From Pseudomonadota bacterium (lineage in GTDB: Archaea; Thermoplasmatota; SW-10-69-26; JACQPN01; JAJPHT01): DNA of 64,000 nucleotides. Positions 55,601 to 64,000 of the stretch are shown piece by piece. Position numbers and translations under genes: made by a program. The notes below the pieces were generated by a model that did no database searches, was not told the origin of the DNA, and saw nothing but the letters and a program-made list of their open reading frames with translations. Each line of letters opens with the position of its first letter. Within the stretch, counting starts at the first letter, position 1. The stretch is taken from NCBI GenBank assembly GCA_021325135.1, contig JAJPHT010000029.1:1-64000 (forward strand), written 5' to 3'.

Positions 55601-57373
55601 CCGACGACGACCGAGACGTCCATCGTGGGCGTCCAGGGCGACAACGGCTGGTGGCAGTCCAGCGTCTCCGTGACGCTGGCGTGCGCCGACGGCTCGGGCT
55701 CGGGCTGCGCGACGATCTTCTGGCAGATCGACAACGCCGGCTGGCAGAGCTCCAGCCCCGGCGCCTCCAGCGTCGTCGTCAGCATCGTGGGCGATGGCAC
55801 GCACACGCTGAGCTACTACAGCGTGGACGTCGCCGGCAACCGCGAGACGACGCACGTCGACCCGCCCTACCCCATCGACACCACGGTGCCGCACACGGCG
55901 AGCGCCTACGCGGGCAAGGTGGGCGGCTCCGGCTGGTACACGGGCCCCGTCACGGTCTACCTGAATGCGACGGACGCGACCAGCGGCCCGCGCGCGGTGG
56001 AGTACAAGCTCAACCGCGGCCCGATCGTCCAGGTCCAGGGCGACCACGCGGTCGTCCCGGTGAGCGCCGACGGATCGTACACCATCCAGTACCACGCCAT
56101 CGACTTCGCCGGCAACAGCGAGCCCTGGAGCGCCGAGGAGAGCTGGCGCATCGACCAGACGCCGCCCACGTCCACGCCGGAGATCTCCGGCAACGCGGGC
56201 GCCAACGGCTGGTGGCACACCGCGAGCGTGACGCTGATCTGCTTCGACGACGGCAGCGGGTGCAAGACCACCCACTACCGCGTCAACGGCGGCGTCTGGA
56301 AGACCTACGCCGCGCCCATCGCCCTCCCCGAGGGCCACGACACCGTGGAGTTCTACTCCGACGACGTCGCGGGCAACGTGGAGTCGACCCTGACGCTGCA
56401 CGTCGACGTGGACAACACGCCGCCGCGCACCGCCACGCCGCCGGTCTACCTCGGCCCCACCGCGACCGACTCGCAGAACCGCCTGGTCATCGGCCCCAAG
56501 ACGGCGATCCAGCTCTCGGCGAGCGACTCGCTCTCGCTGGTCGACGTGATCACGTACAAGATCAACGGCGTCCAGCAGCCCGCGCTCGCCAACGGCGGGT
56601 CGTTCTACCTGAGCGGCCCCAGCGGCGAGTACAACATCAGCATCTCCGCCCTCGACCGCGCGGGCAACGCCGAGGCCGAGTTCAGCATCAAGCAGCAGTT
56701 CGACTCGACGCCCCCCGCGACGAACATCACGAAGCCCATGGCCAACTCGGTCACGGTGGACGACGTCATCGCGTCGTTCAACGTGCCCCCCTACGTCGAG
56801 GCCGGCCCCGCCCACGACCCCTTCAACGGGGTCAAGGACGTGACCCCCGCGACGCTCATGGACTTCGCCATCGTCGCGCGCCACGTGAACGTGACCGTCA
56901 CCGCCACCGACAACATGGTGCACGTGGTCAAGGTGGAGTTCTACCTGGACACGGACCCGACCCTGGGCCCCGCGACCCCGCGCTGGACCCAGACCACGGG
57001 CAACGCCGGCACGTACTACTGGCCCTGGGACACGTCGTCGGAGACGCTGGGCAACCACGTCATCTACGTCAAGTCCTACGACGAGGTCGCCAACAACGTG
57101 ACCGTCACGCGCAACGTGAAGGTCGTCTCGGTGGCGCCCACGGCCGACAACACGCAGACGCCGCCCGTCTCGCAGAACCTCGCGACGTTCGTCACCAAGA
57201 TGAACGTCTGCACGCCCCAGAACTGGGAGAGCCAGGCCACCCTCCTGGGCCAGACCATCGCGGACTGCGTCGTGCGGGCCGCCAGCGACATCAACGCCTC
57301 GACCTCCGCCAGCGCGCCGCCCACCCAGGAGGGCGCGGCGCCCAGCGGCTCGGGCGGGAGGCCCGGCCAGTAG
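49694..57373 (+). CDS. giant (2559 aa) secreted protein: Rhs/WapA-like N-terminal head + DNRLRE-like domain + ~20 tandem OmpL47-type Ig-like repeats
   Basis: Signal peptide; SKTY…PLHYK…W..ID; WL…RAFPVTIDP; VNWGNQP; repeats DxxxP…G.NGWY…DATSGV…Y..NGG…D.AGN.E. Confidence 0.92.
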   Translation: MSRKLLILLLVSLTLSAVAYAAIPSGRSQTLPAAGHFEGMPANPGFLPAGAVEKVDARTQDSKTYDLPNGQRLTIVSQSPLHYKAADGSWADIDSTLLPTANGFEDAKNLMRTTVGLDGSVTIVAPLGSLAQAPLQMATRTSAGVVLGSIPAAAPVVSVSGAVATAAGLYPSGNGLTTVERGVVRHDLVLAAAPALQHPAGSVLAVEETLTVPAGLLPYAEGKLQVADFVTSGGIVFKTADGKEAFTILPATARDASVATGLVDPQNPGFVTAQLRLTHALTGYVLSTEIPADWLYASGRAFPVTIDPDTALYSDVYEAIGLVQHHQLLGNLGCPQAQCNYIEVGDDQDDSAYSFSCFCYPDTQYRTILRESLAPPSIPNTAYKINYVKSWYNQNLQSGNVGTINLYFDSVDSWDPNLVNWGNQPTTSTLLGSYTHNTGNQQNWWEFADWSSTGVTTLQGEVNSLYDSSTFMKGDNQISYTMKAAQEGRVDSNDWVSYWRTGSGAPLIEIGYSYDSTAPTTQSSIASGASQINAPWYVSTAPQVILSCSDSESGCSQTQYSLNGGSWTTYSGQFSVTAQGTNTILYKSKDHIGNWESQKSMTVQWDNVAPVTTLSLSGTLGSNSWYTSSVTATLSASDATSGVKTITYTLDGGAATTYTTPITIGSDGTHTLQYWSSDNAGNFDSTRTATIKVDRTAPTASQTNSCAVGYFGTWCRGSVSLTGSASDATSGVASGSPVCKLDNVAVSCSTSASSEGSHTWTVTATDNAGLSSTPASASFGVDTVAPSTTNSVGSGAVLGSNGWYRSSVVITLAGSDATSGVMKTMYQLNGGAWTQYSSPITISGQGTNTLNYYSLDNANNQESQKTASFKIDTGNPSTTASPSGTVGSAGWYHSAVTVTLAASDATSGVSGTFYRIAGGSQQTYATPFSVSAEGTTNVDYWSTDQAGNTESTHTLPVKIDTVPPTTAITLGGTIGGNSYFTTPVHVTLSGSDATSGVASSWYRLNGGAWTQYSAPFDVNNQGSTTIDYYSIDVSGISETPQTRTFLEDTSKPVTTASTSCPAGMGGSWCRGAVTVTLAATDATSGLQSTSYRVNGGAVQTYSAPISVSAEGSTSIDYWSTDNAGNVEPTHTTTVQIDTQAPTTVASKTGTLGNNGWYTGDVTVTLSATDPAPGSGVASTLYKVNGGTQQTYASPFPVSAEGSNTVTYWSTDAAGNVESQKTLTFSIDKSNPVTTSGAAPAANGKNGWYTGVTVVYSVSCADSVSGCQRSEYSVDGGAWQPYDAANKPQSTQDGTHTFDSRSFDNAGREGDAARLTVKIDSTQPTTTLASSCTMGNAGWCVGPATLTATVTDPVSGAGAISYGTSSTGPWTPYDPANKPVVSANGQYTYWARGEDQAGNAALASNAFKIDVTGPNAVATVVSGTTGTNGWYVSSVVVALNANDNTATTESGTASVQYRTSPTAAFTTVAPGTQITLSANGATALELRGVDVAGNVGSSITVTYKIDTDMPTVSASFTTTPPASGWWSACPSPVLTGTDPTSGVAAMFYRLDGGVWVQYSGPIAAICQTGIHTMDAYAKDNAGNVGSTVTTTIKVDRNPPTCSETLVTGTPGQNGWYTSAATVRVDASDGAGESGLQGTWYTVTTDGTQTVVSQVITPGNTFSMSSQGTNVVTCQAKDVAGNTGNGPSLTVPIDTTVPTISISVAPLPIQTGWIHGCANATFSASDAVSGVANVFWKLDGGAFTTGAFPMVCAPGTHTVNAYSQDRAGLVSTTATATFKLDNDPPSCTVALTTQPNGLNGWYVSDPQFALGASDPAGGSGVSDLQYTIATGGQITKPWTSVAVTGATVTLTAEGSNVISCQSHDAAGWDSPILTASAKLDTVAPASTATPSGQMGQSGWYVTCPTVTLAATDATSGVNRIVYNVDGSVQVTYSAPFQVCGDGTHTVQYYAFDNAGNQETTRTLSLKVDTHAPTTTETSIVGVQGDNGWWQSSVSVTLACADGSGSGCATIFWQIDNAGWQSSSPGASSVVVSIVGDGTHTLSYYSVDVAGNRETTHVDPPYPIDTTVPHTASAYAGKVGGSGWYTGPVTVYLNATDATSGPRAVEYKLNRGPIVQVQGDHAVVPVSADGSYTIQYHAIDFAGNSEPWSAEESWRIDQTPPTSTPEISGNAGANGWWHTASVTLICFDDGSGCKTTHYRVNGGVWKTYAAPIALPEGHDTVEFYSDDVAGNVESTLTLHVDVDNTPPRTATPPVYLGPTATDSQNRLVIGPKTAIQLSASDSLSLVDVITYKINGVQQPALANGGSFYLSGPSGEYNISISALDRAGNAEAEFSIKQQFDSTPPATNITKPMANSVTVDDVIASFNVPPYVEAGPAHDPFNGVKDVTPATLMDFAIVARHVNVTVTATDNMVHVVKVEFYLDTDPTLGPATPRWTQTTGNAGTYYWPWDTSSETLGNHVIYVKSYDEVANNVTVTRNVKVVSVAPTADNTQTPPVSQNLATFVTKMNVCTPQNWESQATLLGQTIADCVVRAASDINASTSASAPPTQEGAAPSGSGGRPGQ
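51236..56700 (+). repeat. array of 20 diverged ~85-100-aa Ig-like coding repeats
   Basis: 20 successive D-x-x-x-P anchors from DSTAP to DNTPP. Confidence 0.85.
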
Positions 57374-57405
57374 GCGATCGATGAGAGACGTGACGAGGTG
57401 ATGTC

Positions 57406-60400
57406 ATGAAGGAGTCCCGCGCCCTCGCCTTGGCCTTCGCGAGCCTGCTCGTCCTCCCCGCCGTCCTCGTGGCGCACGCCGCCGCGGCGGACCCGGGGAA
57501 CGAGGCCATCCTCGCGTTCGACCACCAGGTCGGCTATCACCTCGGCGCGACGGGCGACCTCATGCGGCTGGAGGCCAGCGTCGTCGTGGCGCAGGCACCC
57601 GGCACGCAGTGGGAGATGCGCATCCTGGACCCCCAGGGCGCCATCCGGGCGCGGGACTCCTTCGTGGGCGCGAGCTTCAGCGCCAACCTCTCCCTCCAGC
57701 TCCACGAGGGCGACCTCGCCGGCGCGTGGCGCGGCGAGGTGCGCCGCTTCGACGCCAGCGCGTCGGCGTGGGTCGTCTCCGGCGCCGTCGTGACCGGCGT
57801 CGACTTCGTCCCCCTCCCGGGGACCCCCTCCCTCTTCGCCAGCGCGGCGGACAACCGCGTCGACCTCGCCTGGTCGAGCACGGTGAACCCGCCCGCCTCC
57901 TACGAGGTCGAGATGTCCGAGGACGCGGACTTCACCCTCGTCCCTCCCCAGTTCCACCTCTACGACTCGCCCAGCACGGCCACCGAGTTCGTCGCCTCCT
58001 TCGGGACGACGTACCACGTCCGCGTCCGCGTGCGCGACCTCTACAACGGCTATGGCCCCTGGAACGCGACCACCGTGCGCACCGACCCCGCCGTGGGCAC
58101 CGTCGGCTTCGACCGCGGCGCGTACATCGTGGGTCCCGCGGGCGGCGACCAGCTCGTCGCGCGCCTGCGCGCACTGGGGGACGCGGACACCATCTGGCGC
58201 CTCCAGGTCAAGGACTCCACCGGCGCCCTGCGCTACGAGGGCACCACCACGGGCTCGCTGGCGGCCAACCTCACCGGCGTCGTGACGCTCACCGCGGCCG
58301 ACCCGCGCGGCGCGTGGACCGCCGAGGTCTCCAGCCGCAAGGCCGCGACCTCGTGGAGCCTGTGGAACAGCAGCGCGACCACCGTCGCGGACACCGTGCC
58401 CCCCGCCCCGCCCTCGCTGGTCGTCTCCGCCCACGGCCAGCAGGTCAGCGCGACGTGGCTCCCCCAGGGGGGCACGGGCTCCCTGCGCTACGACGCGCAG
58501 CTCGCCGCCGACCCCTCCTTCACCTCGCCCCTGGTGAGCCTCCCCTCCACCACGCAGCAGACGCTCGCCTACGCGGGCGCGTGGGCCACGACGTACTACG
58601 TGCGCGTGCGCACCCTGGACGCCTACGGCGCCGTGGGCCCGTGGTCGACGCAGCAGGCCGCCACCGACGCCGAGCCGCTGCCAGACCTGGTCATCGGCCC
58701 GCACTCCGTGTGGCTCTACCCCGAGACGCCCTACGAGGGCTCGACGGGCAGCCTGCGCGTGCTCGTGGAGAACCGCGGCACGCTCGCGGCCAACGGCGCG
58801 CAGGTCGCGGCCACGCTCAACGGCGCGCCCGCGGGCTCCGCCACCGTCACCATCCCGGCGGGCGGCAGCCAGATCGTCGCGATCCCCCTCTCCTTCCCCG
58901 CCCGCGGCGCGGCGCAGATCGTCGCCACCGCGGACCCCGCCAACGCCATCCGCGAGCTGGCGGAGACCAACAACGCGGGCTCGCTCTCCCTCACCGTGGA
59001 GAAGCCGCCGGTGAACCTCGTCATCGCGCCGGCGGACGTCGTCGTGTCGCCCGCCGTGCCCACGGCGCTCCAGCCGGCGACCGTCACGGTCACGGTGCAC
59101 AACGTGGGCACCGAGCAGTCGGGCCCCGCGCAGGTGCAGCTCCTCGCGGGCGAGACGGTGCTCCTCGACGCCAGCGTGAACGTGGCGCCCGGCGGGAGCA
59201 GCACGCTCTCCGCCACGTGGACGCCCGCAGTCGCCGGTGCTATCACGCTCCTGGCGCGCGCCGACCCCACCAACGCCATCCGCGAGACCACCGAGAACGA
59301 CAACGTCGCCACGCGCTCCGTCACCGTGGGGTCGAGGCCCGACCTCGTCCTGGAGCAGTACGCCCTCGCGCCCACCGGCACCACGGTGGGCTCCCGCGTC
59401 GACGTCACGATGCGCGTGAGGAACGGCGGCGACTTCGCCACGCCCGCCACCACCGTGGACCTCACCAGCACGTCGCCCACCGGGCAGAAGACCCTGGTGC
59501 AGACGCTCCAGGTGCCCGCGCTCCAGCCCGGCGGCTTCGCGCCCCTCGCGGGCGCCTTCACGCCCACCGCGGCGGGCACGTGGTCGCTGGACGCGGCCGT
59601 CGACCCCGCCGACGCCATCGCGGAGACCTCCGAGGCCAACAACCGCGCCTGCGCCTCCGCCACCTTCACCACCGCGCCCCTGGCGGACGTCTCCGTCGCG
59701 CTGGGCTCCGTGGACGCGCTCCTGCACGGCAAGGGCGCCCGCGCGCAGGTCACCGTCACCAACGGCGGCACCGCGCCCGCGCAGAACGTCCACCTGGCGC
59801 TGCGCCTGAAGGACCCCGCGCGCCCGGACCTGGCCGGCATCGACCTGGGCAGCCAGGACATCGGCCTCCTGGCGCCTGGCGAGGGGCAGCAGGTCTCCTT
59901 CGCCTTCACGCCGCAGCGCGTGCTGGGCTTCCCCGAGGCGGCCGACCTCGTCGTCGAGGCCTCCACCACGAGCCCCGAGGCGAGCCTCGCGGACGACAGC
60001 GCCAGCACGCACGTCGTCGTGCGCGCGCCCGACCTCGTCGTGACGATGCCCTCGCAGATCAGCATCCTGGGCATCGAGAGCCCCGCGCAGGGCATCCACC
60101 GCCCGCCCACCTACGCCACCATCGAGAACATCGGCAACGCGCGGGCGGAGGCCATCACGCTCTCCTTCTCGCAGTCCACCGGCACGAAGACGTGGACGCT
60201 GGGCACCGACGGCCTCACGCCCTCGGGCCTCGCGCCGGGCGAGAGCGTCACCCTCGCGCTCCCCCACGTGGACGCCGACTCGCCGGGCTTCTGGCCCGCC
60301 GTCTTCCAGGCGGACGTCACGCGCGCCAGTGCCGCGGCCTCCGGCCCCGTGGCCGACGCCGAGCCCGCCCTGGGCGTCGAGCCCGACCTGCTGCGCGGCG

Positions 60401-63400
60401 ACAACTCGCTCCAGCCCATCTTCGTCCTGCCCGGCCTCCACGTCAGCGTCGAGCCCGAGGCCGAGCGCTACGATCAGCCCGCGTTCCCCTTGGGCTCCGA
60501 AGCTTACCTGGTGGTCGACGCCTTCGGCGCCAACGCCGCGAGCTACCTCGCCAACGCGCCCAGCGTGACCTCGGCCCACGGCCAGTCGTGGAGCGCCTCG
60601 CCCCTGCAAGCTGGCGTCAACGACGTGCGCGGCGTGCTGGGCGACGACCTCGACCCCGCGCTGGCGGGCCTCACGGCCCACCGCGTCTTCCGTCTGGGCA
60701 TCCCCACCTCCAGCGACTTCTACCGCGCCAACTGCATCGGCACCACGAGCCAGGGCTGCTGGGACGAGCCCCTCGCCGGGTGGACGCGCAAGGTGCAGGG
60801 CGACGTGCCCGGCGTGGGCACCGGCTTCGCGTATGATATCACGGTGAAGGCCACGAACGCCGCGACCGGCGACGCCATGACGGACCACACGCAGCCCGTC
60901 GTCATCTGGGAGGGCGTCATGTTCCGCCTCCACACCGACACCGTCGTCGTCCAGCAGGACGGCCGCTCCGGCGAGCTTCCCGCCGACGTGATCGCAGTCA
61001 AGGACGGCGCCCTGTGCGAGCCCAACGACCTGTGGGCCGTCTTCAGCTGGCTCTACCGCTGCAAGGGCACCTTCGACACCGTGCGCCTCACCGACGCGCA
61101 CACGGGCGTCGACCTGGGCTTCACTGTGAACTGGCCCGAGACGGGCAAGCTCGACCTCAAGGCGCCCTCCAACTTCGACCAGTTCCCCCTGGACGTGCGC
61201 TTGAGCTACGGCGACCGCGCGGTCTCGCCCGAGTTCACGCTCATCCGCAGCGGCCCCGCGCTCCAGACGAACCCCGACGGCAGCGCGCAGGACCTCCTGG
61301 GCGGCCCCGCCTCCCTCCAGCCCGGCGGCCTCCACGTGCTCTCGCTCAACGTCGTCGCGCTGGGCTACTCCCCCGAGGAGATCCACAACGCCATCGTGCG
61401 GCTCTGCTATCCTTCGACGCTGGAGGTGTGGGACGAGCGCGGCCACGGCGACTGGTGGGGCGGCGGCGCGCCCGACGCGGCGGCCCTCGTCAACGGCGCG
61501 GGCCAGACGCCCTGCCCCACGGGCTTCTCGGCGGCCTACCGCACCATGCCGCTCACCAGGAACGCGGTCACGCCCTTCTCCTTCGTCGCGCGCACCAGCG
61601 CCGCCACCGGCAGCACCGTGCGCGTCGTCGCCGACCTCTTCGACGAGAACGGCGTGGCGCCCTCGGGCCGCACCACGGCGCAGGTGCACGTCGACCAGAC
61701 GCTCAACGTCGGCCCCGCCGCCACGAGCCTCGCCACCGACCAGTACCTCCGCGCGCTGAAGGCCCGCGTGGCCCTCGCGCAGGCCGGAGCCCGCGCCGCG
61801 CTCTACGACAACGACAAGCGCTTCGTCAACATGACGTGGGACATCGGCACGGGCGCCGTGGACCTGGCGCTGGGCGCGCTGTTCCACAAGTACGGCGACT
61901 ACTTCTTCGACGAGGTCACCAAGGTCAACAAGGGCCTCCTCAACCGCGCCGTGGGCACGCTCTTCCCCATGGGCCAGGAGCTTCTCGTGGACAAGACCGT
62001 GGAGGTCTTCATCGAGACGCTCACCGCCGACGACGGGGGCAGCAAGGTCGCCAGCGGCTCGGGCGCCGCGGCCGCCGGCACGCCCGCGCAGAAGGCCGTC
62101 GACAAGATCGCCAGCGACTACCTCGACCACGTCGCGCGCGGCGACTTCGCGCCTGGCAAGACGTTCACGCCCGCCAGCGCGCGCGACCTCGTCTACAAGC
62201 TCGACGTCGCGCAGAACGTCTACGAGGCCTCGCTGGTGAAGGATGCGCGCTGGGCCATGCCCACCTTCGGCTGCTTCATGCCCGAGGTCTCGCCCCCCCA
62301 GCCCGGCCAGCTTCGCGACGAGGCGCTGCTGGGCGACCAGACCATCTGCCACAACGTGGAGATGCACCCCCTGGCCAGCGAGCCGCTGCGCTACCCCAAC
62401 CTCCTGGGCTACTACCACGCCAACCAGATGGTGATCATGAACTCGGACTGGATCAAGAAGACCCAGGACGCGTTGAGCTACCTCAGCCTGGGCCTCTCGC
62501 TGATCTCCATCGTGGCGCCGCCCGTCGCGGCCGCCGCGGGCGTCGCGGACGTGACGAGCCTCGCCGCGGACGCCGCCGTGCTGGGTGCCAAGACCAGCTT
62601 CTACCGCAACGGCGTGCTGGCCTACCCCGTGAGCCAGGCGAGCGTCGGGAGCATCTTCGAGGACGCCACGTTCAACCCGCACTGCTGCACGGCGCACCTC
62701 TCCGGCGCCGTGAGCGCGGGCGCTGAGCAGAGCTTCACGCTGGCCAACGAGAACGGCACGACGCAGATGAACGCGAGCCTTCTCGTGGCGCCGGGCGATC
62801 CGCTGCCCACGCTGGAGGCCGTCACCGCCTCGGGCGTCGTGCTCAACGCCTCCGTCAACGTCACGGACAACGGCACGCTGCTCTCCATCCAGATCCCCAC
62901 GGACGTGGCGGGCAACACGACGCTGCGCATCCGCGGCAACTCCTCCGCCGACCCGCAGCCCTACACCATCGCGGTGGGCAGCGCGCTGCGCGACGAGGTG
63001 CGCTTCGCGCGCCTCAACTTCACCGCGGGCGGGGTCCCCGTCACCGTGACCGACGTGACGGCGCAGGTCAACGGCGTCACCGCCGACGTGAGCCAGGTCC
63101 CCGGCGGCATGCTGGAGGTGCGCGCGACGCAGGGCGCCACGCTCCACGTCACCGCCAGCGCGCCCGGCTACGCGCCCCTGGACGCCACGCGCGTCGTGCA
63201 GCTCCCCGACCGCTTCGGCAACGTCGACCTGGCCCTGACGCCCCTCGTGAGCGCGCCCGCCGTCCTCACAGCCGCGCTCACCCCCGGCGCCACGGGGCAC
63301 GTTGCCGTCGCCCTCACCAACCCCACGAGCGGCGCGCAGACGTACTCGCTGAGCGTCACGGGCCTGCCCCACGCCATCGCCATCTCGGCCGCGCCCAAGA

Positions 63401-64000
63401 CGCTCGCCGCGGGCGCCTCGGGCTCCATCGACCTCGCGCTGACGCCCGGCGCGCGCATCCTGCCGGGCCAGCTTCGCGGCGACGTGGCGTTCCTCGACGC
63501 CGCGGGCCACGAGATCCGGCGCATCCCGCTCCTGGCCACCGTCACGGGCCCCTTCCCCACGCTGCGCGGGGTCCCCCGCGAGGTGGACGCCATCGCGGGC
63601 AGCGTCGTGAGCACGAGCGTCACGCTGCGCAACGCCGGCAACGCCCAGATCACCGGCATCCAGGCCGCCTGGAAGGGCCCCTCTTGGATCACCGTCGTGG
63701 GCGCGCCCCTCACGCTGGCCGCCGGCGCCGAGGCCACGCTCACGCTGGTCGCGACGCCGCCCGCCAACGCCGCGGCGGGCGTCCTCAACACGAACCTCTC
63801 CATCACGTCCATGAACGCCTTCGAGGCCAACGCCACCTTCGACGTGCACGTCTTCGCTTCGGCGAGCTCGCTGCCGCAGATCCGCGCGACGGGCGGCGAC
63901 GTGGACGGCGACGGCGTGCCCGACGCCGTGCTCGCCGAGGGGCGCGGCTCCAGCGCCTACGTCGGGCTGAGGGACGCCTCGGGCGACGAGGTCGGCGTCG
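57406..64000 (+). CDS. giant secreted protein, partial (>2190 aa, no stop in window): 2x(beta domain+FN3), CARDB/DUF11-like repeats, internal helical module, further Ig-like domains
   Basis: GAGGTG before ATG 57406; signal peptide MKESRALALAFASLLVLPAVLVAHAAA; TYxVRVR FN3 motifs; three DP.(N/D)AI.E..E.(N/D)N CARDB motifs; open to the window end; missed by the ORF track. Confidence 0.9.
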   Translation, partial: MKESRALALAFASLLVLPAVLVAHAAAADPGNEAILAFDHQVGYHLGATGDLMRLEASVVVAQAPGTQWEMRILDPQGAIRARDSFVGASFSANLSLQLHEGDLAGAWRGEVRRFDASASAWVVSGAVVTGVDFVPLPGTPSLFASAADNRVDLAWSSTVNPPASYEVEMSEDADFTLVPPQFHLYDSPSTATEFVASFGTTYHVRVRVRDLYNGYGPWNATTVRTDPAVGTVGFDRGAYIVGPAGGDQLVARLRALGDADTIWRLQVKDSTGALRYEGTTTGSLAANLTGVVTLTAADPRGAWTAEVSSRKAATSWSLWNSSATTVADTVPPAPPSLVVSAHGQQVSATWLPQGGTGSLRYDAQLAADPSFTSPLVSLPSTTQQTLAYAGAWATTYYVRVRTLDAYGAVGPWSTQQAATDAEPLPDLVIGPHSVWLYPETPYEGSTGSLRVLVENRGTLAANGAQVAATLNGAPAGSATVTIPAGGSQIVAIPLSFPARGAAQIVATADPANAIRELAETNNAGSLSLTVEKPPVNLVIAPADVVVSPAVPTALQPATVTVTVHNVGTEQSGPAQVQLLAGETVLLDASVNVAPGGSSTLSATWTPAVAGAITLLARADPTNAIRETTENDNVATRSVTVGSRPDLVLEQYALAPTGTTVGSRVDVTMRVRNGGDFATPATTVDLTSTSPTGQKTLVQTLQVPALQPGGFAPLAGAFTPTAAGTWSLDAAVDPADAIAETSEANNRACASATFTTAPLADVSVALGSVDALLHGKGARAQVTVTNGGTAPAQNVHLALRLKDPARPDLAGIDLGSQDIGLLAPGEGQQVSFAFTPQRVLGFPEAADLVVEASTTSPEASLADDSASTHVVVRAPDLVVTMPSQISILGIESPAQGIHRPPTYATIENIGNARAEAITLSFSQSTGTKTWTLGTDGLTPSGLAPGESVTLALPHVDADSPGFWPAVFQADVTRASAAASGPVADAEPALGVEPDLLRGDNSLQPIFVLPGLHVSVEPEAERYDQPAFPLGSEAYLVVDAFGANAASYLANAPSVTSAHGQSWSASPLQAGVNDVRGVLGDDLDPALAGLTAHRVFRLGIPTSSDFYRANCIGTTSQGCWDEPLAGWTRKVQGDVPGVGTGFAYDITVKATNAATGDAMTDHTQPVVIWEGVMFRLHTDTVVVQQDGRSGELPADVIAVKDGALCEPNDLWAVFSWLYRCKGTFDTVRLTDAHTGVDLGFTVNWPETGKLDLKAPSNFDQFPLDVRLSYGDRAVSPEFTLIRSGPALQTNPDGSAQDLLGGPASLQPGGLHVLSLNVVALGYSPEEIHNAIVRLCYPSTLEVWDERGHGDWWGGGAPDAAALVNGAGQTPCPTGFSAAYRTMPLTRNAVTPFSFVARTSAATGSTVRVVADLFDENGVAPSGRTTAQVHVDQTLNVGPAATSLATDQYLRALKARVALAQAGARAALYDNDKRFVNMTWDIGTGAVDLALGALFHKYGDYFFDEVTKVNKGLLNRAVGTLFPMGQELLVDKTVEVFIETLTADDGGSKVASGSGAAAAGTPAQKAVDKIASDYLDHVARGDFAPGKTFTPASARDLVYKLDVAQNVYEASLVKDARWAMPTFGCFMPEVSPPQPGQLRDEALLGDQTICHNVEMHPLASEPLRYPNLLGYYHANQMVIMNSDWIKKTQDALSYLSLGLSLISIVAPPVAAAAGVADVTSLAADAAVLGAKTSFYRNGVLAYPVSQASVGSIFEDATFNPHCCTAHLSGAVSAGAEQSFTLANENGTTQMNASLLVAPGDPLPTLEAVTASGVVLNASVNVTDNGTLLSIQIPTDVAGNTTLRIRGNSSADPQPYTIAVGSALRDEVRFARLNFTAGGVPVTVTDVTAQVNGVTADVSQVPGGMLEVRATQGATLHVTASAPGYAPLDATRVVQLPDRFGNVDLALTPLVSAPAVLTAALTPGATGHVAVALTNPTSGAQTYSLSVTGLPHAIAISAAPKTLAAGASGSIDLALTPGARILPGQLRGDVAFLDAAGHEIRRIPLLATVTGPFPTLRGVPREVDAIAGSVVSTSVTLRNAGNAQITGIQAAWKGPSWITVVGAPLTLAAGAEATLTLVATPPANAAAGVLNTNLSITSMNAFEANATFDVHVFASASSLPQIRATGGDVDGDGVPDAVLAEGRGSSAYVGLRDASGDEVGV

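Noticed and set aside
49706-63849. Very long minus-strand ORFs (2450 aa and 2257 aa)
   Set aside because: Antisense shadows of the two real + strand giant genes; strong GC3 bias removes stops and the translations have no protein-like motifs.

Overview
A gene-dense, very GC-rich (roughly 70% by eye) archaeal chromosome segment. Archaeal markers include rps17e, deoxyhypusine synthase, archaeal riboflavin synthase and FAD synthase, Hjc resolvase and eIF-2beta-TRAM; the gene content best fits an uncultured high-GC Thermoplasmatota lineage (inference). Bases 1-14 kb hold housekeeping genes: the rib operon, dys, hjc, etfBA, eIF2beta, larB, and a B12-binding mutase subunit with meaB. Bases 14-25 kb form a compact surface-glycan cluster: a frameshifted GT2-GtrA, two bactofilin-like beta-helix proteins, a secreted beta-helix protein, a six-hairpin-glycosidase-like protein and a GT-C transferase. 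Bases 25-37 kb carry lemA-htpX, tandem sialidase-like paralogs, sucC/H1-like/sucD and pabB-pabC. Bases 37-64 kb are dominated by very large secreted Ig/PKD/CARDB proteins, including a >2190-aa ORF that runs off the window end and is absent from the ORF track. Best leads: (1) an unexplained ~350-nt highly base-paired intergenic RNA candidate at ~6940-7285; (2) a two-gene giant secreted-protein unit, with an Rhs/WapA-like head on ~20 Ig repeats followed by a CARDB/FN3 protein carrying an internal helical, hydrophobic-hairpin module; (3) the bactofilin-like/glycan cluster; (4) a histone-H1-like gene inside sucCD with a matching tail fused to SucC. No rRNA, tRNA, CRISPR array or transposase was seen. 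All family assignments come from reading motifs by eye, not from database searches.
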